This document shows positions 31,218 to 42,930 of a stretch of 64,000 bases of DNA, one piece after another. This stretch comes from Histomonas meleagridis 2922-C6/04-290x (Eukaryota; Protista; Parabasalia): the NCBI GenBank assembly GCA_020184695.1, contig JAANOX010000080.1, forward strand, positions 248,001 to 312,000, in the 5' to 3' direction. A program made the position numbers and the translations under genes. Below the pieces are notes generated by a model, which saw nothing but the letters and a program-made list of their open reading frames with translations, was not told the origin of the DNA and ran no database searches. The stretch's first letter is position 1; every line of letters starts with the position of its first letter.

Positions 31218-33311
31218 TTATGATTATGACAATCCCAGAAAAGAGTTTTGATAGGATATAAAATTATATCATCTCAAAAATCTGAACTCTTGTTAAGAAC
31301 GTTGTAAAATTTTTTTGACTGTCAAAAATTTTATTTGTTCGAAAAAGTCGAAAAATGTGTAAAATGTATCATTTCAATTTTGAACCATTTTCGAAATTTC
31401 GATAAAAATCGTCATCAATAAGCTATTTAACTTCAAATGAATGATAAGAATACAATGCATAGTGATTGTTCTCTTATAATATCTGTTTATAATCCGATAT
31501 AATATTTATTTATCACAATATTCGAATATTTTTGATGCAGATTTCGTTTGAATACTTTACTAAATAAACCATTCATTTAACATAAACAACCGTACTGAAA
31601 TTTTATTGCCTCAGAAAAATCGAGCTTTTTGAATATGATGGTTCAGAAATGAAACTCGTGTAAAAAATACAACAAACAAGAGTTTCGTGAAATCATCAAA
31701 AACGCTAAATCTAAATATGAGACTTCGAACTACTTCAAGAATGCATTCGTTTAATATTATTCTTATTTGATTTTATTCATTAGTGTACGATTTTTTTCAT
31801 GGGGGATTTTTAACATTTCGGTTGGACACTTTTCATTAGATATCTTATTGAAAAATATGTTGTAAAATTTACGACGCTTTCAAACAGTGGGGTTGTGCTA
31901 CTGGGCATTTTATCGATAATCGTATCCTAATTTGTGTTTAGCTTCTGGTGTGCTTTCCAAATTTTCCTCAGTGATTCGACTTTTCGATGTTTTGTGGTGT
32001 ATATTTTTAATTGTTTCTTTAATATTCTTAAGGAGCCATATGTCATGAGTTTCTTCGTTGTTCCATCGCTTTTAGAAAACACAAGGTAAGATTGTATTGT
32101 AAGCAGAACAGAGATGAAACATGTGTTAATTAAAATTCATTTGAGCTAAAAGTTTCTGTCATTTGTTTCTTTCTTGTCGTCTTTAAGCACATTGGTTAGA
32201 ACATGATTTTTTGTAATGTTTCCCTGTTAGCAAGAAATCCATTCCTCTAACGTATCCATAAAATTTCGCAGCCTTTATTTGATGAAAAACCTTAATTTGT
32301 ATTCAATGTCTTGTCACTTTTAATGCTGCCTGAGAAGTTATCACACAAAAAAATCAAATGATTAACAGCTGTTGTTATAATCGATTGTAACCTTTGCATG
32401 TCTGATTTTCAGGCCCAATTCGATATAGGACATAAATTGGGCAAACGGTGCTTATGTGTTTTGAAAAAGCTTTTAAGTGTAGAAAAAGGGTGTGTAAACA
32501 AAATGCTTTGTGTACAGATATTTAGTCAATTTTTTTTGGTTGTAATTAGGCTTTATTTGCAAATTGGCTATCTACTAGATCTCCATTTTTCATATTTTCA
32601 CTTTTTCTTCAAAATGTACAGAGGAAATTCTACAAAAATGAATTCATAGAGATTTGGTTTCTTTCTCTATCCACAGTTGAAGTTTTGAGAAATTTTCATC
32701 GAGTAATTTTTTGACTGCACCTCTTTTTAATATTTATTTATTTTATGCTTATTAAGAAATAGAAATCATTTATAAAATGATATTTGAATTTTAATATTTC
32801 AGGTTTTAATTTCAACAAAGGTTCAGTTTTTTCTTAGTCTAAGAGACCACATGTTTCTTTACTAAAATTAACATGTTTTATTTTGAAAAATTGGATAAAA
32901 TACTATATTAATGAAATTTTATAATACCAATATTTTTTTCAAATTGTAATTACTAAAAAAACTTTTGAGATAGATCTATCTCTATATTTTTGGTCCGTGT
33001 GTATATGTATTATCAAAATCATTTTCATTTAGATTAACTCAAAATATAATTTTAACACTTACAAACGTATCACTGTTATTTGTTTTTGATAATTAGCTAA
33101 CTGGGTCACCCCGTCCTGGGATAACGTTCATTCAAGAAGAATTATAATTGTTTAGACAGGATGTTATTAAAGCTTTAATAACAATAGAAAATGTTCAAAC
33201 ATTTTTGTGATATAATTTTTGATTCATAAAATTGGCGTTTTTTCGTATTTGTTTTATCGGATAATTAAATATGAAAAAAAAATCTTTTTTAATGTGAATT
33301 TCTAGGTTCGT

Positions 33312-33632
33312 TTATTCAATTAGGACAGTTAGTACATTACTGATCAATAACTTGACAATTTCATCCTTTTTAATGGATACTTCTTTGTAAGCCTTTTCTT
33401 TTCCTTCTTGTTGTCCTTTTTGAAGATCAATTTGGAGTTTCTTGATTGCGTCATCCGATTCTGACTTACGTGTTTGAATTTTTTCCTTGTAATCGTCCTT
33501 TAATTTCTGAATCTCTTCCTGTGCCTGTGTTCTCTTTTCTTCTATCATTGCGTCTCCTTCTTTTATAGCAGCCTGAATTGTTTCTTCACCCTCATCTTCT
33601 GCCTTGAGGAGAATTTCCCAGTAGTCAGTCAT
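33312..33632 (-). CDS. V-ATPase subunit G-like
   Basis: 106-aa helical protein with LLKAEDEGEETIQAA...AQEEI at the N-terminus and IVKLLISNVLTV at the C-terminus. Confidence 0.6.
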   Translation of the reverse strand: MTDYWEILLKAEDEGEETIQAAIKEGDAMIEEKRTQAQEEIQKLKDDYKEKIQTRKSESDDAIKKLQIDLQKGQQEGKEKAYKEVSIKKDEIVKLLISNVLTVLIE

Positions 33633-33717
33633 TCAAGGTTTTGTCAAAACCGATGTAAATCATTCAATGCGGCGGTTGATGATCGACAGATAACTTAACC
33701 ATTCAAAAATTACGCTA

Positions 33718-35043
33718 TCATTCATAAACGTCCTCATCCGAATTTTCGTTATCGTTTTGGTTTGGGTTTTTAACAAAACCGTTAACCCTTTCCATAAACC
33801 TTTGAATCACCAAAAGTCGGTCCTCCATTGTGAACTGAGATAACGTATGACTTATCGTCAAACCGTTGTTTATTGATGTTCTTCTTTCCCTATAAGAGTT
33901 TGAACGTCTTGATAAAAGCGCACTTGAAGAGGATGAAAAGGTCAATTTCCTTTGGGTATTTTCGTGCGATGTATTTCTCGATTTATCTCTTTGTCTTACT
34001 TCATAAATAACTTCACCAAGTACAGTTATAAATTCGGCTTCAAGTTGACTCCGATAACTTAATACTGTTAATGTAAGTTCTCTTAATGCATCAATTTGTT
34101 GTAATTTCTGATCTAGTTTATCTTGTTGTAATCTTATTGCTAAATCAAGTTTGTTAGATTCTTCTGATCTTATTTCTTCATTTTGTTTTTGCGTCGTATT
34201 CGCTTTTTGTTGCAAATCTTTTAGTTGTTGCTTGGCGTTCGCAATTTCCTTGCGAAGGGATGAAATACTTTGATGTTGTTCAGCAGATTGATTGATTACA
34301 TCTTCTTGTTTAAGCTTTGCAATAGCTTCGCGACGTTTGCGATTGTTCTCTTCACAGTCCCGTATCTTTTCTTGGTATTCATTGTACATCATTTGTAAGG
34401 ATTGAAGATCATTTTCATAGTCATTGCGACGTTGGATGTGAAGAAGAACGGACTGATCTGTGGTTTTGAGAAGATGTTCATAGTATTGTGTTTTGAAGTC
34501 ATTCAAACTGCGTTCGGTTTCGGAAGCATATCGAGATAGAAGATTTTCCGTAGTTTTCTTAACCATTTCAATGTTGTTCTCAAAGTTTTGCTTCTCTTGC
34601 TCGATTTCATTTTCTTTGTCTTGAATTTCTTTTTGGATCTTTTCTTTATCTTCTTCAAATTTTTTGATAGTTTCGAGCTTGTGTTGAATTTCATCAATTT
34701 CTGAACAAACTTCAGAATCTTCTTGTGAAATAAGTGATTTGTTGGCTGAACTTTCTTCTCGAAGTTCTTGAATTTTCTTATCTTTATCAACATATAATTT
34801 ATCGATTTGATGTTTGAAAGTATTGATTTCAGTTGTTTTTTGATCAATTTGAGTTCGATATTCTTTTATTGTATTTAATGATTCTTTATCATAATTCTCG
34901 ACCTGTTCTTGAAGAACGGAATTCGACTCTTCGAGAGATTTTATTTCAGCAATTAGTTCTTCAATTGTGCTGCACTTGTTTCCAAGATCTGGTGAAAGGT
35001 ATACTGGTTTCGTTCCCAGCCCTTGCGCCTTTCTTGGAGGCAT
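33718..35043 (-). CDS. Coiled-coil protein, possible basal-body orientation factor 1 (BBOF1/CCDC176)-like
   Basis: VLSYRSQLEAEFITVLGEVIYEV and FTMEDRLLVIQRFMERVNG resemble two conserved BBOF1 blocks as I recall them. The ATG is at 35043. Confidence 0.5.
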   Translation of the reverse strand: MPPRKAQGLGTKPVYLSPDLGNKCSTIEELIAEIKSLEESNSVLQEQVENYDKESLNTIKEYRTQIDQKTTEINTFKHQIDKLYVDKDKKIQELREESSANKSLISQEDSEVCSEIDEIQHKLETIKKFEEDKEKIQKEIQDKENEIEQEKQNFENNIEMVKKTTENLLSRYASETERSLNDFKTQYYEHLLKTTDQSVLLHIQRRNDYENDLQSLQMMYNEYQEKIRDCEENNRKRREAIAKLKQEDVINQSAEQHQSISSLRKEIANAKQQLKDLQQKANTTQKQNEEIRSEESNKLDLAIRLQQDKLDQKLQQIDALRELTLTVLSYRSQLEAEFITVLGEVIYEVRQRDKSRNTSHENTQRKLTFSSSSSALLSRRSNSYRERRTSINNGLTISHTLSQFTMEDRLLVIQRFMERVNGFVKNPNQNDNENSDEDVYE

Positions 35044-35901
35044 CACCAAAGTAACGTATACTAAACCGTTGATTTCTGTGCATTTTTCTATCGTTCAAAG
35101 ATTCTCTTTTCCTGTTCAAAATATTTGTGAGAAAATACGATTTTCATTACACGAAAAAAAAAAGTCATACGATGGGCAAATGAACCGATACCCCGCGATA
35201 GTGCTTTTCGAACGCACACGCGTGTGTCTTCGGCAAAAAATAAATCCAAACATTAATTATTTGTTTTGCATTTATATTCTTTTTGATTTTTAAATTCTCC
35301 TAAATAATATTTCGGATTTTGTTAAATTTTGTAAATTCTCATTATTCTGAAATACAATATCATATTAATCTAAGGATTTAAAATTGAAGAAATATAAAAT
35401 AAGTTGTATATACTATCATAATATTATAATTATACCAAATTTTTCTTAGTAGCTTATATATAAGATTTCATATGGAAATTATTTATTATCTTATTATTTC
35501 GCATTCATTATGAAATATATAAAAACTAATTTATATACTATGATTAGTGGATTCGTACTTTCATTCAAATTTGACTTCAAATCGCTTGGTTATGTAAAGA
35601 CATAGCCAATTGGAAATAAAAATCTTTTTTTCAATCTAGGATTTAATTTTTCCTAAAACAAAAATAAATCCAAATATAGGTAAATTAATTGTTATACTTT
35701 TGTATCTTTTTTTAAATTGTTGTCTAAATAATCTATGGATTTTGAGAAAATTCAAACAATATCACTTAACCCAGAAATTTAAAATAAAAAAAAATTATTA
35801 TAAATCATTAAAAAATATGATAACGTTGGGATTATGCGAGTTTGTTTGGGAAAAATATCTTTCATATAAAATTTTATGCTTGATCATTTTTCTCAACAAT
35901 T

Positions 35902-37208
35902 TTAAGTACTATTGTAATTCATAAGTCTTCCAAAGAATTCGATTCTGCCCAGTGAAAGGTAGTAGCATCCAGACCAATTCACATCAGATTGTGTTAGCTT
36001 CAAATAACGGAATGGTCCTTGCTTTCCTTGAATCACAAAAAATGCTTCTTGAAGGAATCCATTTAGTGGACTATTTTTGGATCTTTCATCAAGAATTGCC
36101 CAATTACTTATGTCATTAGAACCCTCCAACTTCCAACTTTTAAAATGATGTGGAAACCATTTACTTGAAACAGATTTTAATGAAGTGAGAGAAACTTTTC
36201 TATCTTTGAAATCGAATAAAATAAATTGATTTGGAATATTTTGTGTACCGAATTCTCCTTCATCTTGTACAATACTACTTAATGGATATATTTTATCATC
36301 GTCATCTGAAGATGCTGTAACTTCAATTGTTCCATTTGTTATAATATTCCATTACTTTCCTTTGTGAGATGATCGAGAATTCCATTAAATTTATTAGTTC
36401 CGTCATATTTAAATAGAAAAGGTAAAAATCTCTTTCGAAATTCTTCGTCAGATCGTTTGCCTCGAATTTTACTAAGTGAAGGCCACAACTCACCGATTTT
36501 CTGATGAGAAAGTAAATTGACAATAGATGTCAATCTATCAGAATCTTCTTCTTCTAAAAATTCACAGTGAATATATTTAAATAAGACATAATAATTTGGA
36601 TTTTGTTGATATTTTTCAATAACAAAATCAAGCAACGATTTTTCATTTTCAAGTTTGAGTTTATCACATTTCAAAAGCAATTCTAATTGTGACAACGAAA
36701 AATTTTGTTCTTTAATTTCTTCAAAATGCTTTGCTCCATATTCAATTTCTTTGTCAATATTAACTCCTGCTTTCGTTTTAATGTGAAGAATATTTATTAA
36801 ATTGTCATTATTGATTTCAAGAGGTAATTTTTCTATAAGTTCTGGATTTTTAAGTTGGTTAAAAATGTTGATAAGTGGATCTTTCAAATCAATAACATTA
36901 ACACTTTGTCCATGTAATAATTTCACAAATTTTTGAATTATTTCATCTGTTACAACTTCGTCAACTTTTAAAAAATTCATTTTTGGGTTTTTAGCTTTCA
37001 TATTTGAAACAACAGGTGAAATAAATTCTGTAATAAAATCAGGTACTTTTAATATTTTATTATTTTGAAAACGAAACTCGAAATTATTTTCATAATTTTT
37101 AAAATTAATTCTTTTTAAACCTTCTACTGAAAGTGAAAAATTCAACAAACATTTATAATAGACATTTTCTTCATATGGTTTGATGCCATAGTTTAATTTC
37201 GATTCCAT
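35902..37208 (-). pseudogene. BTB/BACK-like plus F5/8-type-C (discoidin-like) protein with a single frameshift near 36347
   Basis: The upstream ORF ends FNGILDHLTKESNGIL*. One extra A restores ESNGNIITNGTIEVTASS...FILFDFKDRKVSL...KSWKLEGSND...FRYLKLTQ...IEFFG. This may be a real null allele or an assembly indel. Confidence 0.7.
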
Positions 37209-37541
37209 ATATAGTAATAACTATAAAATTTATGTGAAACAATGCCATCACAATTTTTTCAGTGGGCGCTAACGGTTGCCACGTTTAGAAAACTTTTTGA
37301 ATTTCTTCTGAAGTGTACTAACTTACGATGTCATGGAAGCTGTTTATCTTTATAGATGATCTGATTTTTTTAATATTTTAAACCAGATAATAGCAAAGAT
37401 GATTTATATTTATCATGGACTTAATTTAAATTTGGTTTTAATTCCAAAAAACATAAAAATAGCAAAAATTACTTTTGTATAAAAAATACGTCAAAATTGG
37501 TATAAATGAGTTTCTTTTAATAAATACTACATTTTGATTTT

Positions 37542-40500
37542 TCATTTACTTTTTTCGTGATTAATTGAACTATTTCTGTATTTCCATTTTTAGTTGCGTA
37601 ATGAAGTGCAGTTTCAAATTTTATGAAAAATTTCTAAATGTTATTTAGAAATATAAAATAATTAAAATCGATAATAAATATAATGAAAAAATATCTTTTT
37701 TATCAATTTTTATGAATTCATTTTCTAGAAGTAATTTAACTATTTCGGAATTTTCATTTTTAGTTGCATGATGAAGCGCAGTTCTAAAATTTTTGAACAA
37801 TTTCCAAATGTTATTTTAAAACAACAAATTAATAAAATAAATATCAAATATAATAAATAAATATCTTTTTCATTAATATTAATTCCTTCTTGTTCAAGAA
37901 GTAATTTAACTATTTCTGTATTACCATTTATAGCTGCATAATGAAGCGCAGTTTTAAAATTTTTGAACAATTTCCAAATGTTATTTTAAAACATTGAATA
38001 ATTAAAATAGTTATAAAATAAAACAAATAAATATCTTTTTCATTAATATCAATTCCTTCTTGTTCAAGAAGTAATTTAACTATTTCTGTATTACCATTTA
38101 TAGCTGCATGATGAAGCGCAGTTTTAAAATTTTTGAACAATTTCCAAATATTATCTTAAAACAACAAATTAATAAAATAAATTAAAAATATAATAAATAA
38201 ATATTTTTTTCATTAATATTAATTCCTTCTTGTTCAAGAAGTAATTTAACTATTTCGGAATTTTCATTTTTAGTTGCATGATGAAGCGCAGTTCTAAAAT
38301 TTTTGAACAATTTCCAAATATTATCTTAAAACAACAAATTAATAAAATAAATTAAAAATATAATAAATAAATATCATCAGCATTAATATCAATTCCCTTT
38401 TGTTCAAGAAGTAATTTAACTATTTCTGTATTACCATTTATAGTTGCATGATGAAGCGCAGTTTTAAAATTTTTGAACAATTTCCAATTAATATTTTGAT
38501 ATTAAAAATTATTAAAATAAATATCAAATAAAACAAATAAATATCTTTAGCATTAATATCAATTCCTTCTTGTTCAAGAAGTAATTTAATTATTTCTATA
38601 TGACCATTTAAGGATGCTAAAATAAGTGCTGTTTCAAATAATTTAAATAATTTCTAAATATTATTTTAAAACAACAAATTAATAAAATAGTTATAAAATA
38701 AAACAAATAAATATCTTTTTCATTAATATATATGATATCACTTTTAAGAAGTAATTTAACTATTTCTGTATTACCATTTATAGCTGCATAATGAAGCGCA
38801 GTTTTAAAATTTTTGAACAATTTCCAAATATTATTTTAAAACAACAAATTAATAAAATAGTTATAAAATAAAACAAATAAATATCTTTTTCATCAAAATA
38901 TATGAGATCATTTTCTAGAAGTAATTTAACTATTTCTGTATTACCATTTATAGCTGCATGATGAAGCGCAGTTTTAAAATTTTTGAACAATTTCCAAATG
39001 TTATTTTAAAACATTGAATAATTAAAATAGTTATAAAATAAAACAAATAAATATCTTTTTCATCAAAATATATGAGATCATTTTCTAGAAGTAATTTAAC
39101 TATTTCTGTTTTACCATTTATAGCTGCATAATGAAGCGCAGTTTTAAAATTTTTGAACAATTTCCAAATGTTATTTTAAAACATTGAATAATTAAAATAG
39201 TTATAAAATAAAACAAATAAATATCTTTTTTATCAAAATATATGAGATCATTTTCTAGAAGTAATTTAACTATTTCTGTTTTACCATTTATGATTGCATA
39301 AATAAGTACCGTATTAAATAATTTTATTTAAATCTATTACAATTTTATGAATATTGAATTATTATTATTAAACAAAAAATGTAAAGATTCTCATTAATTA
39401 TATTAATATTTCTACATTCTAATAATAATTTTACTATTTCAATGTTATCATTTTGCACTGCGATTAAAATTGCTGTGTTAAATATTTTAAGTAATTTCCA
39501 AATTTTGACTAAAAATATCAAATAAAATATAGAAATCGAATCTCGGGCATTAATATCAATTTTTTCTTGTTTAAGAAGTAATTTAACTATTTCTATGTAA
39601 TTTTTTTCGGCTGCATAAATAAGTATAGTTCTAAATGTTGAAAATAATTCCCAAATATTATCTTGAAATCATAATATAATGAAATAAAAATTAAATATAA
39701 TAAATAATTATCTTTGATACCGGTATCAATTTCTTTTTGTTTAAGAAGTAAATCAACTATTTCTTTACTACCATTTTTAAAAGCCCAAATAAGTGCTGAT
39801 TGAAATAATATAAATAACTTCCAAATATTCTAATGAAATTACAATAAAATTCCACAAAAATTCTGTCTCATAAATAAATATCTTTGATATTGATATCAAT
39901 TTCTTCTTGTTCAAGAAGTAATTGAATTATTTCAATATTGTTATTTTTGGCTGCCCAAATGAATGCTGTATAAAATATTATGAACAAGTTCCAAATATAA
40001 TTTTACAATATTAAATAATGAAAATAAATATTAAACAACAAAAAATAATATCTTTTGTATTAATATCAATTTCTATTTGTTCAAGAAGTAATTGAACTAT
40101 TTCTATATTACCATTATGAGATGCCCAAATAAGTGCTGTATAAAATATTTTTAATAATTTCCAAACCTTATTTTAAAATCATAAAAATTTAAAACATTTA
40201 TTAAAGTTACAAAACAAATATCTTTAGCATTGATATCAATTCCTTCTTGTTCAATAAGTAATCTTAAGATTTCTAAGTGGTTATTTTTTGCTGCACAAAT
40301 GAATGCTGTATAAAATATTTTTTATAATTTCCAAATATTATTTTGAAATATTAAATACTAAAAATAAGTTTTATACAAAACAAATTGATATCTTTGGAAT
40401 CAATATCAATTCCTTCTTGTTCAATAAGTAATTTCACGATTTCTGTCTTACCACTTATAGATGTATAAATAAGTGCTGTTTTAAAAAAATCGAATAATTC

Positions 40501-41467
40501 CCAAACGTTATATTTAAACATTATTTTAAAGTTATAAATCTTAAATAAAACAAATGAATATCTGTAGAATTAATATCAATTCCTGCATGTTCAAGAAGTA
40601 TTTTAACTATGTCAATAAATTCATACATAGATGCATAAATAAGTGCTGTTTCAAATGCGATAAGTAATTTTCAAACATTATTTTGAATTTCGAAACTTTG
40701 AAAATAAATATATGTCTTTAGCATTAATATCAATTTTTTCATGTTCAAGAAGTAATTTTACTATTTCAATATTTCCTTCTTTCAATGCAATAATAAGTGA
40801 ATTATCAAATAGTTTGAAAAATTTCCAAATAATATATTGAAATTTCATATTGTTAAAATAAATATTAAACATAACAAACAAATATTTTTAGCATTAATAT
40901 CAATTCCTTCTTGTTCAAGAAGTATTTTAACTGTTTCTATATATCCCCCTGAAGATGCATGCATAAGTGCTGTCCAAAATAATTTAAATAATTTCCAAAT
41001 ATTATTTTGAAATTAAAAATTATTAAAATAAATTTTAAATAAAACAAATAAATATCTTTGTTATTAATATCAATTCCTTTTTGTTCGAGAAGTATTTTAA
41101 CTATCACTGTATGGCCTTTTCGTGATGCCCAATTAAGTGCTGTACTAAATAATTTAAATAATTTCCAATTATTATTTTGAAATTAAAAATTATTAAAATA
41201 AATTTCAAATAAAACAAACAAATATCTTTAGCATTAATATCAATTCCTTCTTGTTCAAGACATAACTTAACCAATTCTATATTATCACATAAAGATCCAA
41301 TCATAAGTGGTGTAACCTTAAATATTATTTTAAAACCAAAAAATAAAATTACAAATTTTTGTAATTCCTTTGTTGATGTCAATTCCTTCTTGTTCAAGAA
41401 GTATTTTAATTACGTCTATGTTACCTTTTTTAAATGCTGTATCGAATATTTGTTGCATTGCCTCTTC
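37542..41467 (-). repeat. Tandem array of 24 ankyrin modules (90 nt) separated by 23 spacers, modal period 170 nt
   Basis: Module consensus TALxxAxxNGNTEIVKLLLEQEGIDINAKD. Nineteen spacers are 80 nt; the other four are 52, 63, 64 and 74 nt. The terminal module ends TALHYATKNGNTEIVQLITKKSK* at 37542. Confidence 0.92.
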
Positions 41468-41472
41468 ATGAA

Positions 41473-42930
41473 TTATATATAATAAACATTAAATAAAACA
41501 ATTGAAACTTCATCATTAATTTTGATTCCTTCTTTTCTAGCAAACGAATTAATTACTTTGTTATTGTTTTTGATGCTTTCGAAACTTTCTCTTTTATTTT
41601 TTATTGCTTGTTTATTTGCTTCGATAAGAAATTTCTTATGAAGTATTTCATATTTTTCATTTTTTTCTTTTTCTATAAACACGAAAAAATTTTTATATTT
41701 TTGTTTCTCTTTATTCCATAGTTCTTCGATTGTCTCATTATTAATAATTTTATTCTTTCTGCTTTTGAGGAGTGTTTTAATATTATTTTTCGACATAACT
41801 TTTGTTTCTATTAATTCCGTTTCTTGATTAATCCATATTTTTAATTCATTTTGTAGAATTATTATATTATTTATTATGAATTCTTTGATAAAGTTAGGCA
41901 TTAATTTGTTATCATTTCGAATGTTTTGAATTTCTTCTTTAGCAAATGTTGTATTCTTTATGAACTTAAAACATTTGATAAAATCAGTTTTTAATTCATC
42001 AATATATTCATTAATATTATCATTGCATTCCGTTTTAACAAAAGAAATAATTTTCTGGAAATCTTTTGTTTTACTTAAAGATTTAAATAATGAAAATATC
42101 AAATTAATTTGTTCACAAAGTGTTTTACCATTTATTAAATGTTTTTTATTAATAATAATATTATTAATTCTACTAAAAAGTTTTCTGATTTTATTCCAAT
42201 ATAAATCATTTTCAACTTTCTTTGTAATAATTTCTTCATTCGGAACATATTCTGGTATTGATATAATTGATAAATATTGTGTTACCAATAAATTATTATC
42301 AAACAATGATATTATTTCACTGATTTTTTCTGTTCGAGTTTGAATATATTCTTTCATTCTTGTGAAATCATTTAATGTTTTATTCGGAATATCGTTAATT
42401 GGAATATATAAAAATGGCTGACAAATAGATTCATTCCTAATAATTGGAAAAATTTTATGAATGAAATAACAACATTCAATGCTCTCTAATATGTTTTGGA
42501 TAGAAGATGCATAAGGAATTTCATCATTAACATAAATTGATATCGTTGAAACATTAAGAAGTGTTAATAATCCAATGTTTTCATATGGAAAATCAGTTCC
42601 TTCAGTGTCAACAAAAAATATTTCATTACTTTCATGTTCTTTTATTAAAGATACATTCATTCGTTCTTGTAAGTCTTTTAGTTTATATGGACCAATTAGA
42701 TTAATATTTGTTGTATGTTCGATTTTGATCGGTTCACCCTTATTACAATAATAATCTGGACTAGGGCCATTGATTAATTGATTTAAAATAGAACTTTTCC
42801 CTGTTTGCGCTTTTCCATAAATAATTATAAGAAATGGTCTTTTAGATGATGACAAAATTTCTATCGCTTCTGAATTGATTTTGTTATCATCACTATCATT
42901 AATTATAAAAGGAACTTGTTGTGGAAGCAT
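41473..42930 (-). CDS. GBP/atlastin-type (GB1/RHD3) P-loop GTPase, probably the N-terminal part of a GTPase-ankyrin fusion
   Basis: IIIYGKAQTGKSSILNQL (G1) and FFVDTEG (G3) are followed by a helical region. The ORF ends in a degenerate ankyrin tail (KNNNKVINSFARKEGIKINDE). Confidence 0.75.
   Translation of the reverse strand: MLPQQVPFIINDSDDNKINSEAIEILSSSKRPFLIIIYGKAQTGKSSILNQLINGPSPDYYCNKGEPIKIEHTTNINLIGPYKLKDLQERMNVSLIKEHESNEIFFVDTEGTDFPYENIGLLTLLNVSTISIYVNDEIPYASSIQNILESIECCYFIHKIFPIIRNESICQPFLYIPINDIPNKTLNDFTRMKEYIQTRTEKISEIISLFDNNLLVTQYLSIISIPEYVPNEEIITKKVENDLYWNKIRKLFSRINNIIINKKHLINGKTLCEQINLIFSLFKSLSKTKDFQKIISFVKTECNDNINEYIDELKTDFIKCFKFIKNTTFAKEEIQNIRNDNKLMPNFIKEFIINNIIILQNELKIWINQETELIETKVMSKNNIKTLLKSRKNKIINNETIEELWNKEKQKYKNFFVFIEKEKNEKYEILHKKFLIEANKQAIKNKRESFESIKNNNKVINSFARKEGIKINDEVSIVLFNVYYI

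Noticed and set aside
31900-32750. Possible transposase remnant (KPNLYEFI-like peptide on the minus strand)
   Set aside because: The fragments are short, lie in different frames, and no terminal repeats were found, so I cannot assign it.
37542-41467. CRISPR-like repeat-spacer array
   Set aside because: The context is eukaryotic, the conserved 90-nt part encodes ankyrin repeats, the spacers are homologous to each other, and no cas genes are present.
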